The notes under the pieces were generated by a model, which was not told the origin of the DNA, did not search any database, and saw only the letters and a list, made by a program, of their open reading frames with translations. A program made the position numbers and the translations under genes. DNA of 64,000 bases. Source: Candidatus Moraniibacteriota bacterium. Lineage in GTDB: Bacteria > Patescibacteriota > Minisyncoccia > Moranbacterales > UBA1568. The first letter of the stretch is position 1. Each line of letters begins with the position of its first letter. The DNA lies in the NCBI GenBank assembly GCA_963743885.1, contig CAVURJ010000001.1:140949-204948 (forward strand), read 5' to 3'. This document shows positions 1-9,160 of the stretch, one piece after another.

Positions 1-1644
1 GAGCAGGGTGGGCTCAAAGTGACAACGACGCTTGATTGGGATAAGCAACAGATCGCTGAGCAGGCGGTGCGCGAGGGTGCTGAGAAAAATAAGAAATGGA
101 AGGCGGCGAACGCAGCGCTGGTCGCGGCCGACCCAAAGACAGGACAGATCCTCGCGATGGTCGGGTCTAAGGATTATTTCGGGGCGCTTGAGCCGGCGGG
201 CTGCGTCGCGGGGAAGTCCTGCGCCTTCGAGCCGAATGTTAATGTCGCGGTCTCAGACCAGCAGCCGGGGTCATCCTTCAAGCCGTATGTCTACCTGACG
301 GCGTTTACAAAGGGGTATCTGCCGGAGACGATGCTCTATGATACCGAGACTGACTTCGAGACGGCGGAAGGGAAGAGCTACCGCCCGAATAATTATGATG
401 GCAAGTTCCATGGGCCGATCCCAATGATGAAGGCGCTTGGTGGATCGCTCAACGTGCCAGCAGTGAAGACGTTGTATCTGGTCGGTGTGAACGATGCGGT
501 CGAGGTAGCGCATAGCCTCGGCATCACGGGGATCAGGGATCCTGATCGCGTGGGCCTCTCGCTCGTTTTGGGTGGCGGCGAGGTGAAATTGACGGACCAT
601 GTGAATGCCTACGGGACGCTCGCTCAGGGTGGTATACGGCATGATCAAGTGGTGATTCTCAGGATTGAGGACCCGAAGGGGAATGTGCTTGAGGAGTACA
701 AACCATCCGCGGGCGAGCGCGTCATCGAAGAGAAGTATGTTGCGATGCTCGACTCTGTCATGTCGAACAATGAGAACCGAGCCTGGGTCTTCGGTGAACA
801 GAATCCACTCCGTTTCGATAGCCGGCAGGTGGCGGCTAAGACTGGTACGACGAATGAATTCCGCGATGGGTGGACGATTGGTTATACGCCATCCTTGGCG
901 GTTGGTGTCTGGGCCGGCAATAATGATAATACGCCGATGGCACCTGGTGCGGACGGTGTGAATGTCGCGGCTCCGATTTGGCGCACGTTCCTTGATAAGG
1001 CACTCGCAAATTATGCGGTGGAAGAATTTCCGAAGTATGATCCGGAAAGCGAGATCGGTGACGATGAGGGCAAGACAGATAAGCCGATGCTTGCCGGAAA
1101 GCTCGAGGAGAAGGAGGATGTGAAGGTCTGTGAGATCCCGGGTAAGGATGATAAGTATTGCTTAGCGAACAAGTATTGCCGTGATAAGGACGTCGACAAG
1201 AAGGACTTCGTCAGCCCACATGATATCCTCTATTACGTGAACCGTGAAGATCCTCGCGGACCAGTGCCGGATAAGCCGGACAAGGATGCCCAGTATAAGA
1301 ATTGGGAAGAGGGAGTGAAGGGCTGGTATAAGAAGCAGAAGGGAGTTGTTGTCGCTGAGCCGCCCAAGGATGAATGCGATAAGGATGATTTCGAGGGGTA
1401 TCTTCCGAAAGTGAGCCTGACGGTTCCGGGGAGCACAGGGGCATCACTATCCCTGAGTGCCGACATCGATGCGCCGTACGGTACCAAGAGTGTGAAGTAT
1501 ACCGTTGATGGCAGTGATGCTGGTTCTGGCGGATCATACGACGTGTCAGGAAAGAATGGCTCGTCGGTTACAGTGAAAGTGGAGGTGGAGGATGAGAATG
1601 GCAACAAGGCCTCCGACCAGAAATCCGTCAGCGTGAGCTTCTAA
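1..1644 (+). CDS. Penicillin-binding protein 1A-type transpeptidase, C-terminal part (5' end outside window) with acidic/Lys-rich C-terminal extension
   Basis: ORF open to position 1; KTGTTNEFRDGWTIGYTPSLAVGVWAGNNDN (KTG box) typical of class A PBP transpeptidase domain. Confidence 0.8.
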   Translation, partial: EQGGLKVTTTLDWDKQQIAEQAVREGAEKNKKWKAANAALVAADPKTGQILAMVGSKDYFGALEPAGCVAGKSCAFEPNVNVAVSDQQPGSSFKPYVYLTAFTKGYLPETMLYDTETDFETAEGKSYRPNNYDGKFHGPIPMMKALGGSLNVPAVKTLYLVGVNDAVEVAHSLGITGIRDPDRVGLSLVLGGGEVKLTDHVNAYGTLAQGGIRHDQVVILRIEDPKGNVLEEYKPSAGERVIEEKYVAMLDSVMSNNENRAWVFGEQNPLRFDSRQVAAKTGTTNEFRDGWTIGYTPSLAVGVWAGNNDNTPMAPGADGVNVAAPIWRTFLDKALANYAVEEFPKYDPESEIGDDEGKTDKPMLAGKLEEKEDVKVCEIPGKDDKYCLANKYCRDKDVDKKDFVSPHDILYYVNREDPRGPVPDKPDKDAQYKNWEEGVKGWYKKQKGVVVAEPPKDECDKDDFEGYLPKVSLTVPGSTGASLSLSADIDAPYGTKSVKYTVDGSDAGSGGSYDVSGKNGSSVTVKVEVEDENGNKASDQKSVSVSF

Positions 1645-1684
1645 GAAAGCCAATTAAAAACCCGCCTTAATCAGGAGGGTTTTT

Positions 1685-3574
1685 TTAGTGTTCATTGCCA
1701 GCGGGGTCGCTTTTCGTATATTCTTCTCGCATACGTTTCCATATTTCTAATGACTGGTATTTCGGTTGCTGTATATCAGAAGGATTAAGAAACCCTGATT
1801 TCATAAGGAAGACAAGGGTATTGAGATCAGCCCCGAGGACGAAAGCATATTTTTCCAATCCGTGTCCTTTCAGTTTTTGGAAAAGCCTGACCTGCTCGAG
1901 ATAGACGGTATCTTTACTGTTTGAGAGAGAGGCCTCTTGAGAAGAGAAGTCAGCTCCCTCGCGGAAGAGCCTTTTTGTTCGATTGATTGCTAATTTGAGA
2001 TTCTTCTCAGCTTGTTTTTTGAAATCTTCATCTGAGAGGCTGCCGATGGCCCGCTGCAGACGCGGCCCTTTCAGCGTGCTCTCATAGAAGGCCTCGAGAC
2101 ATTCGGCGTAGTTCCCACCTTCGAGCTTTTTCACCATGGCCCGGATGTAATGAGGATGGGTGGGGGAAGAATACCCGAAGGCTTGGCGAGAAACAGCATC
2201 TTGGTTGCTCATGGCGCCACATTCAGCGAAGATGTCTGTGCGGCCACTCCCAAGCTTCTTGAATAGCCGGAGAGGGATTTTCGATTTGTTTTCGTGTTGG
2301 AGGACATGTCCCTCAATTTCGTGTGCGAGAGTCACTGGTATGAGGGTAGCTGCGGATTGATTTTTTTTACTACAATGAACCACCTTTTGTTTACCGTTGA
2401 CGGACATGGTCTTAGATGTATCGCTTGCGATGAATTGCCATTTGCCGTCAGGTGCTGATCCAGTTCTGTCTGGGGAATAACTTTCAGCGGAGTGCTCGCT
2501 GAGCAATCCGTATGAGTTGAGGACTTCCTGAGCGAGACTCTCCACTTGCGCTATGGGGGTGGTTTCTGAGAAGAGTTTTTCCTGATCTAGTCCGGCAGCC
2601 TCTATCTGCTCGCGCCGCAGCACGAGGCTGGACACGTATTCGCCCTCAAATTCTTCGGCGAATCGGATCAGGTCAGTATCGACTTGCTTTCTCTGTTGAT
2701 CAGGCCCGTAGCCCGGGGCGGCACCGTTGATGAATTTGTCGTAGCGAGAAAGGTTTTTTTCGGGGGCTTCGGTGCCGGAAACGAGTTTGAGTATCGAGAC
2801 TTCATCTTCGGAGAGGGAGGTACCCCCGAGGCTTTTCCGTTTCTGTTCAATCGCGAAAGCGGCAGAGGCATTGTCGGCGAGCATATGGTTTACCCGGACG
2901 CGGTATATGCCGATGATGCCGGAGAGTACGGTTCTGAACGACGCGCTTTTCTTTGCAAGCTCCGATTCAAGTGATTCTTCGTAGTTGCGAAGTTGCGTTT
3001 TGAATTGCCTCAATGCGGAGAGTTTGGCAAGCGTTTTTTCCGGCGTCAATTGGATCTTGGCGATGACCGGGTTGTCCGAGGTCTCCGTTCGGATACTGCC
3101 GTCGGCGAGCATGGATGCAGAGATCTTCTCGAATAGCCTCTGTTCGCTCCAATCACGGGAGCGCCCACAAAGATCACTTCGTTTTTTGGAATCGATCTCC
3201 GCGAGAACTGGCGTCGCGGTGTAGAGGGCACGCAGAACATTTTCTGTGGAGGAGCCGTCTGATTCGAATGACCTCCCGACGACCGCTTCGAAGTCGGCAC
3301 GACCTTCATCACTAGAAAGATAATCGACGTAGAGCGAGGCTGTTTTGTGGGTGATTTCGAAGACCTTTTCAAGCGTTGATCCGAGAGCATCCTCGAGCGC
3401 GCTGATTTCCTTGCGCTCTTCGGGCGAAAGAGGGATTTTTTCAGCTTTGCCGGATTCAAAATCAGCGAGCTGTCGGAGCTTGCTTTCTATGTCGGATGAC
3501 GGACGCTCAGGGTAGAGCGGCCGACGGATGGGCTCGTGATCGGCGGTACCGGTGGTTTTTTCGATGATTTCCAT
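1685..3574 (-). CDS. Large conserved hypothetical protein (629 aa) with HEIEGH motif; possible metallopeptidase-like partner of ATP-grasp ligases
   Basis: Long ORF with GC3-rich codon usage, co-directional with upstream ATP-grasp genes; LAHEIEGHVLQHEN motif; no canonical HExxH. Confidence 0.55.
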   Translation of the reverse strand: MEIIEKTTGTADHEPIRRPLYPERPSSDIESKLRQLADFESGKAEKIPLSPEERKEISALEDALGSTLEKVFEITHKTASLYVDYLSSDEGRADFEAVVGRSFESDGSSTENVLRALYTATPVLAEIDSKKRSDLCGRSRDWSEQRLFEKISASMLADGSIRTETSDNPVIAKIQLTPEKTLAKLSALRQFKTQLRNYEESLESELAKKSASFRTVLSGIIGIYRVRVNHMLADNASAAFAIEQKRKSLGGTSLSEDEVSILKLVSGTEAPEKNLSRYDKFINGAAPGYGPDQQRKQVDTDLIRFAEEFEGEYVSSLVLRREQIEAAGLDQEKLFSETTPIAQVESLAQEVLNSYGLLSEHSAESYSPDRTGSAPDGKWQFIASDTSKTMSVNGKQKVVHCSKKNQSAATLIPVTLAHEIEGHVLQHENKSKIPLRLFKKLGSGRTDIFAECGAMSNQDAVSRQAFGYSSPTHPHYIRAMVKKLEGGNYAECLEAFYESTLKGPRLQRAIGSLSDEDFKKQAEKNLKLAINRTKRLFREGADFSSQEASLSNSKDTVYLEQVRLFQKLKGHGLEKYAFVLGADLNTLVFLMKSGFLNPSDIQQPKYQSLEIWKRMREEYTKSDPAGNEH

Positions 3575-3651
3575 AGGCTTCTTTCAGTATAGATGATAGA
3601 AACAAAAAGAGAAGCCGACGAGGCTTCTCTTTTCTAGCTATGGTCACGCGG

Positions 3652-4647
3652 CTAGCCTCTCTTCAACGACGGGAAAACGCTTTTCAAGAGGAGGAGTGAG
3701 ACGTCGGTGCCCCTGCCTTCCACGAGCGGTTTTTCGTTCATGTTGTAGAACGGATGAGGATTGATCTCGAGGATCACATAAGGAGCCTTCGGAGAAGCGA
3801 TGTTTTCAGCGAGGAAGTCGAGGCCGCCGTAGGTGAGGCCTACAGCCTCCATAGCTGCTACCGCCGCCTTCTTGAGAGATGGATGCATTTCTCTCGTCGT
3901 GTCGATTGCTCTGCCGCCATCGGACATGTTGAGATTGTTCCTGAATTTGAAGAAGTGACCTTTTTTAAGGATGGAGTCGAGCGTCAAGCCCGCCTCTTTA
4001 AGGGACGCATTCGCCGTATCGTCAAGCTTGATTTCGAATCCCTTGAGACGATTCTTATTGAAGGCCTTGATGAGCTTATTAATGGAGGTCTTCCCATCTC
4101 CAGTGACCCCAGCAGGAATCTTCTGCACGCAGGAGATGACTTTCCCACCAAATACGAGTACGCGGTATTCGTTCCCGACGAACATCTCTTCGACGATGAT
4201 GGATATATTCTTCCGTTTCCCGTAAGCGATGAGGGCGTGTTGGGTAGCCGCGCGGAGCTCTTTTTCAGAGCGGATGTTCCAAGTGACGCCTTTGGCGAGC
4301 GACCCATCAAGCGGCTTCGCGATGAGCGGGTAGCGGAGCTTGGCAGATCGGACTTCACGGATGGCTTCAGTATGCGACCGGGCAGTGATGCCGCGCGGTG
4401 TGCTGATGCCAATCTCTGTGAGGACAGCTTTTGTCAACGTCTTGCGTTTCGTGAAATTCCCCATATTCCTCTTGATGGGGAGGTTGTTCTTGTAGCAGAA
4501 AACAGTTTTCCCTTTGTAGGAGAGCTTGGTGAAGCGGATATCTCCATCGTGCATCACGGAGACGGAGATTCCGAGTTCGACGGCTTTTTTGAGGAAAGAG
4601 CGGAAGCCGCCGTGCTTGATCGCCTTGATGTATTCGTTCATGTCCAT
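3652..4647 (-). CDS. ATP-grasp family ligase (RimK/cyanophycin-synthetase-N-like)
   Basis: 331 aa; ATP-grasp hallmarks (IAKPLDGSLAKGV, EEMFVGNEYRVLVFGGKV, LDFLAENIASPKAPYVILEINPHP); 6-bp gap to next gene. Confidence 0.65.
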   Translation of the reverse strand: MDMNEYIKAIKHGGFRSFLKKAVELGISVSVMHDGDIRFTKLSYKGKTVFCYKNNLPIKRNMGNFTKRKTLTKAVLTEIGISTPRGITARSHTEAIREVRSAKLRYPLIAKPLDGSLAKGVTWNIRSEKELRAATQHALIAYGKRKNISIIVEEMFVGNEYRVLVFGGKVISCVQKIPAGVTGDGKTSINKLIKAFNKNRLKGFEIKLDDTANASLKEAGLTLDSILKKGHFFKFRNNLNMSDGGRAIDTTREMHPSLKKAAVAAMEAVGLTYGGLDFLAENIASPKAPYVILEINPHPFYNMNEKPLVEGRGTDVSLLLLKSVFPSLKRG

Positions 4648-4653
4648 ATGCGG

Positions 4654-6054
4654 CTAGATTGATTTATTAACGTCGATGAGGAACTTCCTGAGATGCTTTC
4701 GTCCGATGATAGCTCGGTATTCGAGGTGCGACCGATCGATGACGGAGACTTTGGCGGGAATAGCGAAGGTGTCGATGATGAGCGAAACGAGCACTTTTGG
4801 CCTATAGGATGTGCCGTGCGAGGATTTTACGGGGACGGTATCCGCAAGATCTGGAATGCCGGCAAAGAGTGATTCACGCTCTAACTTTGACATCTCAGTC
4901 ATGATGTCACGGCCGCCGATCTTTTCCTCGAATGTTCGTATTGCTTCTCCGAAACCGAGTTCGCGGGCGAGTTCGGTATCGATGGAAGTGGAGTCGGCGC
5001 CGGTGTCGATCTTGGCTTCAACTTCGATCTCTTTGCCGCCCTTGCCGATGAGCTTCACTTTCTCAACAGCACCGATGACGCGCTTGCCGGAGAGTTCCTC
5101 GACCGCCTCTTCGATCTCACCACCGAAGAGGTTTTGGCCGACGCGGATGCCACGATCAGTGGTCTTGATCTTGAGCCCGGCGACGCGATCGAGCCGGCCG
5201 CGGAGGCCGGAGAGGTTGGCCAGCTGGATGGAGAGGCCTGGGCGAGCGTTGAGCTCGAGGATGACCGGGCCACGCTCGCGGTCGATGGCGATGTCAGCAC
5301 CGAGGAAGCCAAGTCCTGAAAGATTCTGTGACTCGACGGACATGCGGAGGATCTCTTTCCAATAAGGGATGCGAATGCCGGAGAGGGCGAGGCGGGCGCC
5401 AGGGACGTACTCGATGATGTTGCCCTTGCCGAGGATGGCGGTCGTCGTCGTGCCGGTCGCGAGGTCGATGCCGACGCCGATAGCTCCCTGCTGGAGGTTG
5501 GCCTTGCCGTCGGAAGCGCGGGTCGGGAGGCGGAGCATCGCCATGACCGGGACGCGGTTGAAGACGATGACACGGATATCAGGAATGCCTTTGTAGGCGT
5601 AGGGCTTGAAGAGTTTGAGGAGCGTGAGCCGCTCTTCAAAGAAGGCAATATCAGGGATATTGGAAAGCGAGAAGGACCCGTCGAGGATGTTTTGGATATG
5701 CGTCTTCAAGTCCTCGATGGTGATGATGGAACCGTCGGCCTTGACCCAGGCGTCGGGTCGGTTCTTCTTCCTCGCGTAGACGACCAGGATGCCTTCGCCG
5801 CCAAAGCCGCGGTTCGGCTTGAGGGCGAAGCTTGCCGGCAGGGCGGTCCAGTCGAAATGCTCGAGCTCTTCGCGGGTGCTGATTTTAGCGATGAGACCAG
5901 GCACACCCAAGCCAGCCTTCTTCAGGGTGCGCTTGGAGAAGAGCTTGTTGTCGGCGAGCTCTCGGCTCCGTTTGCGATTGAGCGGGCGCACGTAGTCGAG
6001 GTTGCGCGCGTTCATGCCGAGCACCGAGCGGCTTTTTCGGAAGAAATCGAACAT
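4654..6054 (-). CDS. Alpha-L-glutamate ligase-like (RimK-related) ATP-grasp protein fused to C-terminal retropepsin-like (DUF785/RimB-like) domain
   Basis: N-term VLGMNARNLDYV...LADNKL resembles the alpha-L-glutamate-ligase-related family; C-term EVEAKIDTGADSTSID has the D-T/S-G-A aspartic-protease signature. Confidence 0.7.
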   Translation of the reverse strand: MFDFFRKSRSVLGMNARNLDYVRPLNRKRSRELADNKLFSKRTLKKAGLGVPGLIAKISTREELEHFDWTALPASFALKPNRGFGGEGILVVYARKKNRPDAWVKADGSIITIEDLKTHIQNILDGSFSLSNIPDIAFFEERLTLLKLFKPYAYKGIPDIRVIVFNRVPVMAMLRLPTRASDGKANLQQGAIGVGIDLATGTTTTAILGKGNIIEYVPGARLALSGIRIPYWKEILRMSVESQNLSGLGFLGADIAIDRERGPVILELNARPGLSIQLANLSGLRGRLDRVAGLKIKTTDRGIRVGQNLFGGEIEEAVEELSGKRVIGAVEKVKLIGKGGKEIEVEAKIDTGADSTSIDTELARELGFGEAIRTFEEKIGGRDIMTEMSKLERESLFAGIPDLADTVPVKSSHGTSYRPKVLVSLIIDTFAIPAKVSVIDRSHLEYRAIIGRKHLRKFLIDVNKSI

Positions 6055-6096
6055 ACGATGTGGGAGCTGAAAAGAATGGACTGTAGGAAGATGCAG

Positions 6097-6756
6097 TTAC
6101 TGCATGTTGCGGAAGACCTTGCGGAAGCGCAGGTATTCTGAGAGACGGAGGCCCGTCCATTTGCCGAGCGAAAAGTTGACTGCGAAGGTGAGGAGGACAG
6201 CCCACGGGTATTCGAGAATGAGCGCAGTGAGTGCGTCCCAGCTGATGAGGAAGTATCCTGCGACGGAGATGATGAGTGTTTCGAGTGCGAGGAGCGAGGC
6301 GACTTTGTTGCCCTTCTCGATCTGGGTCGCGACAAATTTTTCCGCGAGCGTAATCATGATGAGGAGCGGGAAGATGTCGATGCCGGCGAGGCCGGTGCGA
6401 TGAAATGATCCGCCAACGACCAGGATGCCGAGGATGGAAAGCGAAACGATAGAGAGCGTGATGGCAACGCGCGGAAGATAGAGCAACCGGAAGTATTTCA
6501 GGATGTAGCGCGAGATCATGCCGACCAGGATGACCGAGAGGAAGATCGCGATGCCGTACTTGAGTCCGTTCGGGTCGAAGGCGATGAGCGCAAAGGTGAT
6601 GATGGACGGTGTGTAGATGCCGAAGGCCTTGATGCCGACGACCTGGCGGAAGAAAGCGACGAGCGTCGCGACGATCGGCAGCATGAGAAGGAGCGCGACC
6701 GTTTCGAGCGGCACACCCTGTTCGACGAAATAGGCGATGAGAGGATGGTATTGCAT
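6097..6756 (-). CDS. Polytopic membrane protein (6-7 TM), 7TM partner of ATP-grasp ligase operon
   Basis: 219 aa, almost entirely hydrophobic helices; first gene of co-directional operon. Confidence 0.6.
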   Translation of the reverse strand: MQYHPLIAYFVEQGVPLETVALLLMLPIVATLVAFFRQVVGIKAFGIYTPSIITFALIAFDPNGLKYGIAIFLSVILVGMISRYILKYFRLLYLPRVAITLSIVSLSILGILVVGGSFHRTGLAGIDIFPLLIMITLAEKFVATQIEKGNKVASLLALETLIISVAGYFLISWDALTALILEYPWAVLLTFAVNFSLGKWTGLRLSEYLRFRKVFRNMQ

Positions 6757-6842
6757 ACTACGAGAAAGTTATTCCGTTAACGAGTTCACGAGTTAACGGG
6801 TTGGATGATAGTTTTGAACGCGTGAACGCGTTAACTGGTCAA

Positions 6843-7331
6843 CTATTTTTTTATCAGTTCCATTTTTCGGCGGCTGGCGTGGCAGACGGCGAGTGCGAGA
6901 GCGTCGGCAGCATCGTCCGGCTTCGGGATGCTCGTGAGCTTCAGGATATTCTTGACCATGAGCTGTACTTGGGCCTTGTCGGCGCGGCCGTAATTGGTGA
7001 GTGCTTGTTTGACTTCTAATGGAGTGTAACCAGCTATTCTAACACCAAAACGCTCCAAAGTCAAGAGTATGACGCCGCGGGATTGAGCCACGGAGATGAC
7101 GGTTTTCTGGTTGTTATAGAAGAAGAGCTCCTCAACTGCTGCTTCTTCTGGCGAAAATTGCTTAATAAGGGCCTCGATATCGTTGGCTATTTCAGCCAGG
7201 CGCTTCTCGGCGGGAAGGTCTTTGGAGGTGGAAATATGCCCGAAACTGACGGAAGAGACTTTCCCCCCGTCTGATTCGATGACGCCCCAGCCGACCGTCG
7301 CCGTGCCGGGATCGATACCAAGAATCCTCAT
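6843..7331 (-). CDS. ruvC: Holliday junction resolvase RuvC
   Basis: MRILGIDPGTATVGWGVIE N-terminus, 162 aa. Confidence 0.9.
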   Translation of the reverse strand: MRILGIDPGTATVGWGVIESDGGKVSSVSFGHISTSKDLPAEKRLAEIANDIEALIKQFSPEEAAVEELFFYNNQKTVISVAQSRGVILLTLERFGVRIAGYTPLEVKQALTNYGRADKAQVQLMVKNILKLTSIPKPDDAADALALAVCHASRRKMELIKK

Positions 7332-7371
7332 GTTTTTGCTAGCAATCTGATGAAGCGAGCGTAGCTATAAG

Positions 7372-8088
7372 CTAGGCGAGGTTGTCCCACACGGTCTGGA
7401 CGTCCTGGTGGTCTTCGAGGATTTCTTTGAGCTTCTCGTAGCTTTCGAGATCCTTGTCGTTCAGGGAGACCGTCTGTGTCGGCATATAGCCGAGCTCGGC
7501 GGATTCTGGAGCGATGTCTTTACCTTCGAAGTAAGCGCGGACAGCCTGGAGATCTTCCGGCTTGGTGATGACGAGGAAAACCTCTTCTTCGACGCGGAAG
7601 TCATCAGCCCCGGATTCGATCGTCTCCATCTCGAGCGTTTCGGCGGAGTGTTTGTCGAGCGAGAAGACGATGATGCCACATCGATGGAACATGAAAGAGA
7701 CAGACCCGGACGGAACGAACTTACCGTTGTTCTTCGTGAGAAGTGACTTCACTTCGCTGACGGTTCGGTTCTTGTTGTCGGTCAGTCCTTCGATAAGGAG
7801 TGCGACCTGGCCGGGGCCGTAAGCTTCGTAGACGACCTCTTCGAACTGTGCGCCATCTTTGCCCTCACCACTGCCGGCCTTGATGGCGCGCTCGATATTG
7901 TCTTTGGGCATGTTGTAGCTCCGGGCGTTGTCGATCGCGAGGCGAAGTTTGAAGTTCATCTCGGGGTCAGCCCCTTCGCGCGCGGCGATAGTGATGAGCC
8001 GGCCGAATTTGGTGAAGACGGCGGCGCGTTTGTTATCCTGTGCTTCTTTACGGTGCTTGATTCCGGACCACTTGTTATGTCCTGACAT
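7372..8088 (-). CDS. yebC: YebC/PmpR family DNA-binding regulator
   Basis: MSGHNKWSGIKHRKEAQDNKR...AIKAGSG signature; 238 aa. Confidence 0.9.
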   Translation of the reverse strand: MSGHNKWSGIKHRKEAQDNKRAAVFTKFGRLITIAAREGADPEMNFKLRLAIDNARSYNMPKDNIERAIKAGSGEGKDGAQFEEVVYEAYGPGQVALLIEGLTDNKNRTVSEVKSLLTKNNGKFVPSGSVSFMFHRCGIIVFSLDKHSAETLEMETIESGADDFRVEEEVFLVITKPEDLQAVRAYFEGKDIAPESAELGYMPTQTVSLNDKDLESYEKLKEILEDHQDVQTVWDNLA

Positions 8089-8310
8089 AGTATTATATCG
8101 TCTCGGCTGTCTGGCGCATTCCTTTGCCAGAACCTTACGGTGCGCGACACCGTATCCTACGGATACGCCTTACGGCGCTCCGCGGTTCTTTCGTGGACTG
8201 CATCCAGCCAACCAAGGCTCGGATTCCTGGAGATAATCGGTACTTTTTCGCTCTGTAACGAAGGAATTCTAGCCGGGAAAACAGAAAAAATCAACCCCTG
8301 CCAATAAGTA

Positions 8311-8877
8311 TCAAGCTTGATCTTTGATGGTGGCGACGGCGGCGCGTAGGTCGTGCTGACCGCGGTCGCGTGCGAGCTTGATCACCATGTCTTTGATGCT
8401 GTACGGATCGCCGACTTGTCGGAAGACGAAGCGTTCCGTCTCGGCGGCTGTCTGGATATAGACATCGCCGTAATTGAGTATGGTTGGGAGAATGCCTTTT
8501 ACCTCAGTTGTGACATCCTGTACCTGAGCGAGATTGAGCTCGCTCATGTGTCGGACGAAGAGGCCTTTCTGTTCGATATTGACGATGCGTTCGGTCGTGA
8601 CGACCCAGACGTCGAAGTAGTAATCGACCCAGATGAGGAAGGCATAGATCCAGACGAAGAGAAGGAGCGTGTTCTGCATGAACGAGAAGGCTCGGTAGTT
8701 ATTCGGATCGAGTGTTTCAGGAAAGATGACTGGAAGGGTGAGGAAACTTCCCGCGATGAGGAACGCGAAGGTGATGACGGCAAGGAAGTGTGAGAGCAGG
8801 TTGAACCAGTGGCGATGGATAATCCGGATCACCTCTTCGTCCTCATGCTGGCCGCGGAAATGGTAACTCTGGGACAT
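8311..8877 (-). CDS. Membrane protein with bacterial PH (bPH_2/YdbS-like) domain
   Basis: Two N-terminal TM helices followed by a PH-like region (GDVYIQTAAETERFVFRQVGDP). Confidence 0.5.
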   Translation of the reverse strand: MSQSYHFRGQHEDEEVIRIIHRHWFNLLSHFLAVITFAFLIAGSFLTLPVIFPETLDPNNYRAFSFMQNTLLLFVWIYAFLIWVDYYFDVWVVTTERIVNIEQKGLFVRHMSELNLAQVQDVTTEVKGILPTILNYGDVYIQTAAETERFVFRQVGDPYSIKDMVIKLARDRGQHDLRAAVATIKDQA

Positions 8878-8879
8878 AT

Positions 8880-9098
8880 TTAGAAATGCTTCGGGAGGAG
8901 CGAATCGAGCGGGAGCGAGAAGAAGAGCGCCATGTTCGAGAGGAGCAGTGTGATGAAGACTGAGAGGAAGAGTGTCAGCCCGAAGATCATCGCGGTCCGG
9001 CTCATGGAGTAGCGGACGATATGGAACGCGATGAAGAGCGCCGCCATGATGTAGCTGAAGAAGAGGATGAGGTAGAGCGATCCGAAGAGCGATTTCAT
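8880..9098 (-). CDS. Small 2-TM membrane protein
   Basis: 72 aa hydrophobic ORF ending 3 bp before next gene. Confidence 0.4.
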   Translation of the reverse strand: MKSLFGSLYLILFFSYIMAALFIAFHIVRYSMSRTAMIFGLTLFLSVFITLLLSNMALFFSLPLDSLLPKHF

Positions 9099-9160
9099 GT
9101 GTGTATGTGTTTCAGAGTGCCTTCATTCTACCATTTCGCGCACTTGATCCAAAGGCCCAG

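Noticed and set aside
1685-3574. Calling the 629-aa protein a canonical HExxH zinc metalloprotease
   Set aside because: The motif is HEIEGH (H-E-x-x-x-H), not HExxH. Only a tentative peptidase-like label is justified without profile searches.
3754-4662. 302-aa plus-strand ORF
   Set aside because: Antisense to the well-supported ATP-grasp gene 3652-4647. This is a typical shadow ORF in high-GC DNA with no recognisable motifs.
8100-8310. Repeats CCTTACGG(T/C)GC and the hairpin CGTATCC-TAC-GGATACG upstream of yebC
   Set aside because: A short local palindrome that is likely an operator or terminator remnant. There is no second copy or other context to interpret it further.
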